Assembly: GCA_030141605.1 (NCBI GenBank)
Contig: JAQGDQ010001057.1
Location: 2,814 to 66,813, forward strand
Length of the DNA stretch: 64,000 nt
From: Tubiluchus corallicola
Lineage: Eukaryota; Animalia; Priapulida
Reading direction: 5' to 3'
Position numbers and translations under genes: made by a program. Below, in pieces: positions 28,201-35,941 of this stretch. The notes beneath the pieces were generated by a model. The model was given only the letters and a program-made list of their open reading frames with translations, was not told the DNA's origin and did no database searches. Positions within the stretch are counted from its first letter, which is position 1. Each line of letters opens with the position of its first letter.

Positions 28201-31200
28201 CCCTACTCACTATCTTCAAACTCTCCTGGTGGAGGCTCAATCACATTGATTGCCCGCCCTAGATGTTAAAGTGATAACTACAAACATAACACGTAATATA
28301 AATCACACAGAACACCTTGTATGTTAAAGTGATAACTACACGCATAACACATAATATAAATCACACACAGAACACCTTGGACGTTAAAGTGATAACTACA
28401 GACATAACACAATATAAATCACACACAGAACACCTTGGATGTAAAAGTGATAACTACAGACATTACACATAATACAAAGCACACGCAGAACACCTTAAAG
28501 TGATAACTACAGACATAACACATAATATAAATCACACACAGAGCACCTTAATGTGATAACTACAGACGTAACACATAATACAAAGCACACGCAGAACACC
28601 TTGGATGTTAAAGTGATAACTACACACACAACACATAATATAAATCACACACAGAACACCTTTGGATGTTAAAGTGGTAACTACAGACAACACATAATAT
28701 AAATCACATACAGAGAACATCAACGTAAACCAACTGCAACAATGACAAAAAAGAGAAGGGGCTCCTACAACATGACCACAAAGCGACAAAAGGTTAGACA
28801 AGTTTATCATCACCAAGCTCTGCAAAAATACAAACGTGTAATCTACAAGATGATTACATATGCGAATTAGCTACAATTGTTGCTTCTACAAAGCTACTGA
28901 AATAAGTGTTAGAAAAATGCATGGTACAGATTGCTACGTTGCACTAGAAAGCTAGAATGGATACATACATTGTTGGCCCAATACTGAGTTCAGAAATACC
29001 AGAATGTCAGCAAAAGGTAGCCAGTTGCAGCCTAATCACATGTTAAATTTGAAACAAAACCAGGGACATGCGTACACAACAAGTTATGCCTATGTAATGT
29101 AAGAGTAGAAAAGTAGTCTGGCTTGTATCACTACAGTATAATGTAATGTGGCTTTTAATGCCTTATCTACTACCTGGGAAGGGTAATGAGCAAAATTTTT
29201 GTACTTCGAGCAACGTGTTTTTGAAAAGTTTGTACTATGTAAATCCTGTAGATACAGAGTTCATCTGCGCAAGACGTCTGAGACTTATATAGATGAAACT
29301 GTATACTGCCCATACGACAACATGAGACAGAAACAAGACGTGATACCAGACAGACTTAACGATAACAGACAGAGGAATGATAACGAGATTAGAACCTAAG
29401 TTTCTTAATGATTATGTTACCTAGTTTGAGTATTGATAACCTTGATGTTGACCTTTAATTTTGTGCCCTTGATATCTGCTTACATTGATGTTTTTCAATT
29501 TAGTTGGTCTATGTTACTTACTTTTGAAAGGAAGAGGATGTGGCGTGTTCTTATCTATGGTTTATATTTTAATGTTTGTGCTCACTAAGGTTTCCCTCAC
29601 TGTTTTTAGGCATTACATTCTCTAGACTTATCATAGCAGCAGTCTTTGTGAATAAACAGATTAATAAGCAAAAAAAGACTTATGTTAAATGTTCTATACA
29701 GTTTCTAACAATGTTACAAATGTTGCCAAGATGTTACAGAGTTACCTGATACGTTGTTCTTAACCACTTAACTACCGACACAAGTGTGGCCACCATAATG
29801 CAAACGCATTTACATGTTTATCCCACTGGGTACACACTTACCCTTTTCTGTGTAGCACAAGTTATAATGGCATTGATGCGATTAAACAGGGTTCTTCGGG
29901 ACAAAAACTGTCATCTATATTCATTTTAATGTTTTGCACCAACCGTCCTTGGATCATTGATGTCAAATTCTGATTGAGATACTTAATGGACTAAATTAGA
30001 ATTGCAATTGATCAAATTTCACGTGAATCTTTACGGCATTCATGTCTACAAAGTTTTATTTTACTACTAAGGGCACAGTCTTTAAACCAGGGGTGTGCAA
30101 ATTATCTGACTAGCTGGGCCACATTAAACTTTCCCGCAATTCCTGCGGGCCACAGGCAGTTTGATCAAGGAGCCAAGTACAGAAAGGCCTAATAACAATT
30201 TTTTTGCATCCGATCTGCGTACATCATTACTACTACACTCAAGAAACTATTTTAGAAGTTATTAAAATTTATATTACAAACCATATATTTCTACTTTCGG
30301 GACAGATAGTGGTAATTTCATTACAATGCATATTAGTAATGTGTATCACACAGTCTGTGTAGTACAGTGTTATTAAGCTACAACCGTCTTGTAAGGATAA
30401 TGGCATCCGATCTAGTAGAAAAAAACTACCCGCACTATCTTTGGGATCGTGGCATGGACTTCAGCTGGATACACTCAATTAATCGCCCGGGCCGCACTTT
30501 CATTAGGTTGACAAATCTCTTCGCGGGCCGCACAAATTCTCTCGGCAGGCCGCAAGTGGCCCCGGGGGGCCGCAATTTGCACACCCCTGCTTTAAAGTGA
30601 TTTTGCGAGTGTTTGTCTTTTGAAACAATCATTTCATGTTTATCGTGACAGCCATTGTTACAGAACCTTAACTGTTTGCTGCATACTAATTAAACCTATA
30701 ACTAATTGCAACCAAGTTATGAAAATGAAACTCACGGTTTGAAAGACGGCTGTAAAGAACCTCATCAAAGCATACATGATGTACCCCGGTGAAAAGATCT
30801 GTAATACACCAACCAGAAGTAGCAAAATGTTTGCGCCAATCATGGTCTTCTTTCGTCCGATGAGATCCGATATTGTTGAGATCACTAGAGCCCCAACCAG
30901 CTTGCCAGCAAAGAACATGGTTGATGACAGCTCCACGTATATACTTCTGTCACACACCAGATCCCACTAAAAGAGGTAGTAAGGGTGAAAATTCGCAAAA
31001 TAAGGCAGAAAAATCCAGAAATTCGTCGTCTTCCTCTACTTTTCAACTCCAAACGTATTTATCCGGTTGGATAACATAAGAAAACTTTGCACAGTTTTGT
31101 AGTGTGCACATGCAGTTGCTGTAGATCAGTGGTTAAGTGTGCCAGAGAACATTTGTGTACACTTGACAATGCATTGCAGCCCATGCTATTGAAATACATG

Positions 31201-32427
31201 TAGTAAGAGTTTTAACAGCTAGCTAGAACCTTATCTACTTCATTTTTTTTATTCCGAGCAACATCCTGTTAGTAAATCATTTTGTACATAGGCGAATACA
31301 TAATTAAGTCCACATAAAGCAACTGAACTGGTGGTGAAAGATGGCTTTGCATTACCCACATGTCACGTGACAGTTGTAGTTAGGACGCGGACGCAAAGGT
31401 ACACTTAACCTTTGACCTACAGCAACTTCACGTGCGCGGAACGAAACTGTGAAAAGGCTTATTACCATCATGGTGTATTACCAAACCAAATTTCTCTCGT
31501 ACCTCTGTGACAATTGTCTTCCCGTTACTTTCATCGTACACATACCTCTGTGACAATTGTCTTCCCGTTACTTTCATTGTACACATACCTCTGTGACAAT
31601 AGTCTTCCCGTTACTTTCATTGTACACATACCTCTGTGACAATAGTCTTCCCGTTACTTTCATCGTACACATACCTCTGTGACAATTGTCTTCCCGTTAC
31701 TTTCATTATACACATACCTCTGTGACAATTGTCTTCCCGTTACTTTCATTGTACACATATCCTTCAGTACACGGTGTTATCTTGCCAGAAAAACTGCTGA
31801 AGTTCGCGTATTGTTGACAGCCGTCATAATCATCATCATCATCTGGTATAGCCTGGGTGAGATTTATGCCGTCCGGTGTGGCACAGTGAAAATCGGCCGG
31901 CTGTGCTCCCTGAAACGTGATGGCAAACACGTGCCAAGCTTGAACGACGTACCACCAACTAGTAATGGTGAAAATGAAGAACTGCCATCTTCCATATTTG
32001 CCAAAATCGTTCAAAACGCTGTCGATTGCGTTCTTCATCGCTGTCAGTATTCACAGCTATGAGTATCTGTTTACATTATAGATAATACTGCGTAGCTTTT
32101 GACACTACTTGTACACTGCTCGCTACATATACCAATATTTACCTGGTGAAATGTACATAAAACGTGCACTGGGTTCATCGCCAGAAAGTTATTGTGACAC
32201 TAGATAGTAATTTTTCACACCTGCATAATAATAATAATCTTTGTTAAGTTGCTGATTATTTTCATTTGTACAAACCTTACTTGACAGGTCACTTAATTTT
32301 CTTCAGTTTGGATAGGGGTGGTTGACTTGGTGACCCTTGGTCTTTTCGCCACCCCGTCTCTTTTCCGTCTTTATTTTATTTTTTACTTTTTGTTTATGCT
32401 TATGTAAAATTCAGAGACATATGAATT

Positions 32428-32499
<72 letters not shown>

Positions 32500-34365
32500 T
32501 GTGTCAAGTCGGCTTTTTAGATAAACTATTAGCGTGAGCTCCAAAGAGCTTTTGGACCGACTGTAAATAAGAATATACAACTATGTAACAGAGACTATTA
32601 TTACCTTTCATTATGAATACTCATATTTTAACTAGAAGCCTTACTCGTTTTATACAAAACTCTTACTTGAAGAGACAAAAAGAAATCTATAAGTAATGAC
32701 TGTGTAATCTTGTACTGAGTTGTAAAGTAATCTTGTACCATGAATTTGAATTTATGAATTTATTCCACAGCAACTCAAACATACATATAAATTGATATTA
32801 CATTGAAAAAAAACATAAACTATGCGAGTTACTGTGAGGAGGAGGAAGGAGCATTAAGCTTTCGAGTCCTCCTCCAGATAAGTGAAACAATTGACAAATA
32901 ACATTGCATTTTCATCAGTTATAACGTACATTAGAACAAAATAAGTTTTGTTAGTAACTTAAGATCAGGATGAGTAAAATTGTGAGTTAATTATACCGTT
33001 GTAGTAGGTAATTCTTTGATGCTTTTTTAAATTGATAAAGATTAAGAGTTTTCATTTCACTCGGAATTGATGACCATATTTTAATAGCATTATATTTTGA
33101 TGACTGTTTTATTATATTTGTTTTTGGAAGAGGGAGTACATAGTTTCCGACTGAATATCTTGGGTAATGATCATGTTGATTTGAAACTGGACTAAAGTAT
33201 GACTGAAAAGCTGGTGGAAGTAGTGAGTTATGATACTGATACATGAAATGAAGACAATACATGTCATATATTTCTTTCACTTTAAGAGTTTTAACAGACA
33301 AATAAATTATATTTGTGAGATGGTCATACCTTACATGATATATTAGTTTGAAAATTTTGTTCTGGGTAATCTGTAAAGCTTCCAGATTACTTTTATATAC
33401 ATGAATAATGATATAAACAGTACAAATTTTTATCAAGTGTACACTTTACAATAATCTTTTGGCCTTAGTAGGTAGTGACGAGTAATCCTAAATGGCTGGG
33501 TTTATATCTAAGTTTTCGTCATGCACACTACAATGAAACGGATTGTAATGTGTGATTTAACGTAAACACGTCACTTGAATAAATATTTTCTCACTCACTC
33601 TCATTACCCCACTTTTACCCTAAATACCAGGGGACAGGTAGGGCAACAGCAGGTACCATTTTTATAGTCTTTAGGATGACCCGGCTTCAGTATCGAACTC
33701 ATGACAGCGGACACATTACCACTAGGACGATTGATTGATTGATAGGTGGCGTATACTACTAAAGCTGGCTTCGTTTTAAACACTTTCAGGAAATGCACGT
33801 TTGTAAAAATGCGAAAAGAAAACGAATAATTATAGAATGCAGGAGTAAATTGCTTGACACCAACAGACATATTTCCACAGAGAAAAAAGGTTTAAATACA
33901 AAATAGAAACGTATTGCAAGATTGTCCCGAAAAAATCAATAGCACTATAACAGTCTTTTGCAACACATTTCTTTCCTTACTCCATGTTTCTTGTAGGCAA
34001 GTCACGCAACCTACTGTCCAGAATAACAAATGAATTGGGTAAATCTTCTTTAGTATGAAGATAATTAAATGTTGCAAGAAATTTTTCATTGCCTGTATTT
34101 GCGCGGAAGCTCCTGACTGCTAATCTCATTCACTTTGCAAATAAACCTCATTTGGTTGCAAAAAAACTTTCAAGGTCGGCAAGAAAATCATTTGAACTGA
34201 GTTTCTCTAGCGTCGTTGCCTGGAAGTCGAAATTTTGTGAGTGCAGCCAGCTGTAATGCAAATGTGATGTAATGAAATTTTTGACTTGGTTTCACAAAAC
34301 TCGTCTGGCATCAACAATGAGACTAGTTCCCATTCTCCCTAACGTGAAAACATGCGCTATTATTT

Positions 34366-34415
<50 letters not shown>

Positions 34416-34417
34416 GC

Positions 34418-34449
<32 letters not shown>

Positions 34450-35301
34450 TTGCTGTTGTTGTTGTTATTATTATAAGTCTTATTAAACAATGAATACATT
34501 GTTTCCCCTCTATTTGCAGTGGTTCGTTTACAAAATATAACTATTTGCGATAACACGATTAATATACATAATGCCAATTAAGAATAAATATAAAATATAT
34601 ACATAGTTTACACTATAATTTATATAACGATTAACTCAGTACGTGTTTTTCCGTGAATATAATTTGAATTAATTTATAGCAATTTTTTCCGCACAACATT
34701 TCTAACAATATTTATATATGCCTGGCACACATCTTTATCTCTGTTTAGATAAATCTCGCTTATGTTGGCTGAGGGCAGAACTTGTCTTAAATTTATTAAA
34801 TTAATAATGCTTCCTAAATTAAAGTGACAGCATTAGTTGTCATGCCCACCGGCGTCTAATGATCATTTCCTATATTCGGTAAAAGACTAGCAGACTAGTT
34901 GACTTTATAGTCTTTTTGCTATCCTTTCTCTAATTTTATTTCCATCCTTTTTAACCATTCTTCACGACTTACTGTTGATTCTGTTATTAATAGTGTTCTA
35001 TTGGAGTGTTCTGTAAAGGTGAATAAATTAAAATTGAATCGAATTCTTTCTCCTGTTCTTTTTCAACATCTACCTGGAATGATGCAAAATACGTGAATAC
35101 CTTCATTAACGACTGACCGTTTCTTTTTTTTTCATTCTTCAGCAGAAGCATTTAATTCTCAGAGGTCCTCATCCGTCCCCCCTGTCGGCTCATCGGGGGT
35201 TTCTGGGTTGTAAACACTTCTCTAAAGCGAATGAGTGGCTAAAGGCGAAGGGAAAGGAGGAGATTGATTGGAGACACCTGCCGCCGGACGAGATCATATG
35301 A
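1531..35301 (+). CDS. UNG: Uracil-DNA glycosylase (family 1), 3' part: last two coding exons 1531-1709 and 35143-35301; upstream exons lie outside the window
   Basis: Spliced translation (G)[31 protein letters not shown]...[18 protein letters not shown]|[52 protein letters not shown]. Contains the family-1 UDG motifs GVLLLN, VFLLWG and HPSPLS. Phase-0 join with canonical GT/AG. Confidence 0.95.
1975..3098. repeat. 71-bp minisatellite, about 16 copies
   Basis: Unit ggtacttaactgtagattacagctgaa..cgacctacactattgtttaaaatattcttttaagtgaggtta, with one internally deleted unit near 2711. Confidence 0.95.
3323..3755. mobile_element. Non-autonomous hAT (Charlie-like) MITE, family 1
   Basis: TIR CAGGGGTGTGCAAA / TTTGCACACCCCTG, perfect 8-bp TSD CCTTAGAA, subterminal GGCCCGC motifs. 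Confidence 0.9.
4029..4274 (-). CDS. SLC22-A exon 9 (terminal)
   Basis: tttacag|[17 protein letters not shown]...[15 protein letters not shown]...[11 protein letters not shown]. Confidence 0.92.
   Translation of the reverse strand, partial: QRNFAWLQPVLFGSLAFAVGFVIILFPETRGKVLPETLDEWPYWKKHGHLSTLQKQSNTDKPLSATSNAKPILSASVEIWV
4029..17135 (-). CDS. SLC22-family (organic cation/anion/zwitterion, MFS) transporter, paralogue A, 9 coding exons, 545 aa
   Basis: Exons 17135-16824, 16370-16140, 15920-15724, 14681-14445, 12686-12552, 10161-10076, 8622-8502, 7524-7452 and 4274-4029 sum to 1638 nt with consistent phases. Motifs [44 protein letters not shown] and FPETRGK.LP. Confidence 0.92.
4373..4655. repeat. 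Direct tandem duplication, about 142 bp x2
   Basis: gccgacagaagggc...ggcttgcattagca occurs twice. Confidence 0.85.
4911..5568 (-). mobile_element. 5'-truncated LINE (CR1/L2/Crack group): ORF2 C-terminus and 3' UTR, copy 1
   Basis: Encodes [12 protein letters not shown]...[18 protein letters not shown]...HDHYTR, typical of CR1/L2-group ORF2 ends. 3' UTR stem-loop GAGGAGGA...TCCTCCTC and (ATTCATA)-like tail. Near-identical to 32740-33400. Confidence 0.75.
5797..7322. repeat. 46-bp minisatellite, about 33 copies, with an internal 9-bp inverted repeat
   Basis: Unit tgtcagagagagtAACTCGCAAagcagttcacacTTGCGAGTTtgt. Confidence 0.95.
7452..7524 (-). CDS. SLC22-A exon 8
   Basis: tttcag|[25 protein letters not shown]|gtaagt. 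Confidence 0.92.
7593..8351. mobile_element. Dispersed non-autonomous DNA element (TTAA-flanked, Kolobok-like)
   Basis: Homologous to 21827-22404, 51837-52380 and about 62640-63196 (shared tgtgatgtcatcaatag and aaacacgtgcaacac). Ends are degraded. Confidence 0.6.
8502..8622 (-). CDS. SLC22-A exon 7
   Basis: gtctacag|[11 protein letters not shown]...GKAANSAGF...[12 protein letters not shown]|gtaatt. Confidence 0.92.
9657..10052. mobile_element. Non-autonomous hAT MITE, family 2 (TTCGAA-rich)
   Basis: Perfect 13-bp TIR TAGGGGTGAGCAT / ATGCTCACCCCTA and perfect 8-bp TSD CTGCTCAC. Confidence 0.92.
10076..10161 (-). CDS. SLC22-A exon 6
   Basis: gtctag|[30 protein letters not shown]|gtgagt. 86 nt, as in B. 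Confidence 0.85.
10285..10494. mobile_element. Short TTAA-flanked MITE (piggyBac-like, imperfect TIR)
   Basis: TTAA|CTCATTTAGGAT...AGTCCTGAAGGAG|TTAA. Related sequence at about 8900-9537 and 58660-59070. Confidence 0.55.
10527..10713. repeat. 31-bp minisatellite x6
   Basis: aggctgtcttattgcatacaggacttgtgtt. Confidence 0.92.
11451..12195. repeat. 27-29-bp minisatellite, about 26 copies
   Basis: actctctaactctcagtgttcagtgcagg. Confidence 0.95.
12552..12686 (-). CDS. SLC22-A exon 5 (probable GC donor)
   Basis: cttacag|[11 protein letters not shown]...[16 protein letters not shown]|gcgagt. Same 135-nt length as B exon 5, which has GT at this position. Confidence 0.85.
12689..13500 (-). repeat. 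81-bp minisatellite x10 ending at the SLC22-A exon 5 acceptor
   Basis: Units begin at 12689, 12772, 12853 ... 13420. Each carries the polypyrimidine tract ttcttccctattacctttgcttaca. Confidence 0.95.
14445..14681 (-). CDS. SLC22-A exon 4
   Basis: tttacag|[10 protein letters not shown]...[13 protein letters not shown]|gtaaaa. Confidence 0.92.
14780..15755 (-). repeat. 53-bp minisatellite (two 43-bp variants), 19 donor copies, spanning the SLC22-A exon 3 donor
   Basis: (-) unit ...ccattgcttg.cacactggcatattattg|gtaagaaaagt repeats up to the real donor at 15723. Confidence 0.95.
15724..15920 (-). CDS. SLC22-A exon 3
   Basis: tttgtag|[15 protein letters not shown]...[21 protein letters not shown], ending TG|gtaaga. 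Same 197-nt length as B exon 3. Confidence 0.9.
16140..16370 (-). CDS. SLC22-A exon 2
   Basis: ctcacag|TGG GAC CTC GTG TGC (WDLVC) ... GAA ACG|gtaagt. Confidence 0.92.
16824..17135 (-). CDS. SLC22-A exon 1 (TM1 and large extracellular loop)
   Basis: ATG at 17135 ([19 protein letters not shown]) matches the start of paralogue B. Donor GAG|gtatgt. Confidence 0.9.
17385..17522. repeat. Tandem duplication, about 70 bp x2
   Basis: atcacagatggcacagcagttatttgc...ataaattaaagca occurs twice. Confidence 0.85.
18684..18932 (-). CDS. SLC22-B exon 9 (terminal)
   Basis: ttttgcag|[13 protein letters not shown]...[15 protein letters not shown]...[11 protein letters not shown]. Confidence 0.92.
   Translation of the reverse strand, partial: QRKFKWLQPVLFGSLAFFAGFVIIFFPETKGKVLPESLEDWLYWKEHGQLDIRDGQTETSRNGQIVVSSAKPTSSATAEVWL
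18684..32038 (-). CDS. SLC22-family transporter, paralogue B, 9 coding exons, 545 aa
   Basis: Exons 32038-31718, 30966-30736, 27866-27670, 26832-26599, 22903-22769, 22538-22453, 21246-21135, 19669-19597 and 18932-18684 sum to 1638 nt. All introns are GT-AG, with the same positions and phases as paralogue A. Confidence 0.93.
19133..19284. repeat. (CA)n microsatellite
   Basis: Directly visible. Confidence 0.9.
19597..19669 (-). CDS. SLC22-B exon 8
   Basis: tttcag|[25 protein letters not shown]|gtacgt. Confidence 0.92.
20039..20725. repeat. 137-bp minisatellite x5 with a 63-nt internal hairpin
   Basis: Units at 20040, 20177, 20314, 20451 and 20588. Inverted pair AGGTGAGTGT / ACACTCACCT. Confidence 0.95.
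21135..21246 (-). CDS. SLC22-B exon 7
   Basis: tttgcag|AA RLSWL...GKAANSASF...[12 protein letters not shown]|gtgagt. Confidence 0.92.
21284..21740. mobile_element. piggyBac-like MITE, copy 1
   Basis: TTAA|CCCTTTCA...TGAAAGGG|TTAA. Copies at 38745-39202 and 52421-52879. Confidence 0.88.
21827..22404. mobile_element. TTAA-flanked AGG...CCT element (Kolobok-like, non-autonomous)
   Basis: TTAA|AGGA...TCCT|TTAA. Internal homology to 7593-8351 and 51837-52380. Confidence 0.65.
22453..22538 (-). CDS. SLC22-B exon 6
   Basis: tttcag|[30 protein letters not shown]|gtaagc. Confidence 0.92.
22769..22903 (-). CDS. SLC22-B exon 5
   Basis: ttgcag|[11 protein letters not shown]...[16 protein letters not shown]|gtaagc. 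Confidence 0.92.
23104..24427. repeat. 49-bp minisatellite, about 27 near-identical copies
   Basis: gtgaagatatgttcctaagttacttctggaaacttgtagttagtaccag. Confidence 0.95.
24735..25193. mobile_element. hAT MITE family 1, copy 2 (opposite orientation to 3323-3755)
   Basis: CAGGGGTGTGCAAA...TTTGCACTCCCCTG, degraded TSD CTCTATAC/CTCTAGAT. Confidence 0.85.
25688..26060. repeat. Variable 37-53-bp minisatellite, about 8 copies
   Basis: Core tgcctgtgtaaaggcatgtctttgctcgtgtggttgct. Confidence 0.9.
26149..26570. mobile_element. hAT-type MITE, family 3 (GC-rich ends)
   Basis: TIR CAGTGCCTATTTCA / TGAAATAGGCCCTG (13/14), TSD CTAATTAC/CTAATTAT, repeated GAGGCCC subterminal motifs. Confidence 0.8.
26599..26832 (-). 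CDS. SLC22-B exon 4
   Basis: gttacag|[10 protein letters not shown]...TVMLLI TG|gtaaag. Confidence 0.92.
27670..27866 (-). CDS. SLC22-B exon 3
   Basis: tttttcag|[12 protein letters not shown]...DWRHLQ...AYF TG|gtaaga. Confidence 0.92.
28098..28720. repeat. Two-copy duplication of about 80 bp followed by a degenerate 50-60-bp minisatellite (about 8 copies)
   Basis: ccgggaaagattcagatttcgatccc x2, then aaagtgataactacagacataacacataatataaatcacacacagaacacctt repeated. Confidence 0.85.
30088..30589. mobile_element. hAT MITE family 1, copy 3
   Basis: CAGGGGTGTGCAAA...TTTGCACACCCCTG, TSD CTTTAAAC/CTTTAAAG. Confidence 0.88.
30736..30966 (-). CDS. SLC22-B exon 2
   Basis: cttttag|WDLVCDRS...DLIGRKK...RFFTAVFQT|gtgagt. 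Confidence 0.92.
31500..31758 (-). repeat. 43-bp minisatellite x6 spanning the SLC22-B exon 1 donor
   Basis: (-) ...gaaagtaacgggaagacaattgtcacagag|gtatgtgt. Donor GT at 31717, 31674, 31631, 31588, 31545 and 31502. Confidence 0.95.
31718..32038 (-). CDS. SLC22-B exon 1
   Basis: [19 protein letters not shown]...[12 protein letters not shown]|gtatgt. Confidence 0.9.
32429..32498. repeat. (TTAC)n microsatellite
   Basis: Directly visible. Confidence 0.9.
32740..33400 (-). mobile_element. 5'-truncated LINE (CR1/L2/Crack group) 3' end, copy 2
   Basis: ORF 32987-33436 ends [32 protein letters not shown], a typical CR1/L2-group C-terminus. Same 3' UTR as copy 1. Confidence 0.78.
33603..33727 (-). 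mobile_element. Partial tRNA-derived SINE (same family as 43057)
   Basis: Reverse complement of gagttcga...gggtcat.c.aaagact.taaaaatggtacctgctgttgccct...tatttagggtaaaagtggggtaat. Confidence 0.75.
34368..34472. repeat. (GTT/GCT)n microsatellite
   Basis: Directly visible. Confidence 0.9.
35143..35301 (+). CDS. UNG: UNG terminal coding exon (leucine-intercalation loop HPSPLS)
   Basis: Long pyrimidine tract ttcttttttttt...cttcag at 35121-35142, then CAG AAG CAT...CAT CCG TCC CCC CTG TCG...ATT GAT TGG...TGA (35299-35301). AATAAA at 35316-35321. Confidence 0.95.
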   Translation, partial: QKHLILRGPHPSPLSAHRGFLGCKHFSKANEWLKAKGKEEIDWRHLPPDEII

Positions 35302-35319
35302 AAGGTTTTCACGATAATA

Positions 35320-35688
35320 AACCTTTTCACAGTTTCGTTGTTGCTGTAGGTCAAAGGTTAAGTGTACCACAGCAACGAGTTTCAATTACAATCGTCGTGT
35401 GGGTAGAGCAAAGCCGTCTGCTGCATCAGTTTAGTAACTTCAGTTGTTTTACGTGGAATTTACTTAATTTTGCATTAGTGTGTGTTTGTGTAGAGTGATT
35501 TACTGGCAGGATCTTGCTTGGGAAGAAAAAAATGAAGTAGGTAAGGTTCTAGCTAGCTGTTAAAAGTTTTACTATTACAACAGCATGGGCAGTGAGACGT
35601 TGTCAGGCGCACGCAAATACGTTGTCTGGTACATTTAAACTTTGGCCTTTTCACGATCGTCATCAATCGCTGGAACTGTGAAAAGGCT
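35320..35688. mobile_element. Unclassified MITE with TIR (A)GCCTTTTCACAG, an abundant local family
   Basis: ACCTTTTCACAGTTTC...GAACTGTGAAAAGGCT. Related pieces at about 8748, 19290-19400, 31090-31460, 39657, 40080-40370, 53360-53790 and 59590-59938. Confidence 0.7.
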
Positions 35689-35941
35689 TATTCTGTTTTT
35701 CTTTTCAAATGGTTTTTTGTTGTTGTTGAAGTCTGTTTACTTTTGCTCATCGTTGGTTTCCCTTTTCTAGGCATGATGGCCGTACTAAACCTGGATGAAA
35801 AGCTGTGATTTAAACACCTTGGAATGTTGCGTGGATAACCGAATGATGTTGTTGCTGAAGAAGCTGCATTGATGTGCAACTTATGTTTCATTGAAATTAT
35901 TAAAATACGGTTTTAATTTTGTGCATTTTTATGTCAACACA

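Noticed and set aside
4029-32038. Identical CDS length (1638 nt) of the two SLC22 paralogues
   Set aside because: It results from offsetting indels in exons 1, 4, 7 and 9 (+9, -3, -9, +3) and is treated as coincidence.
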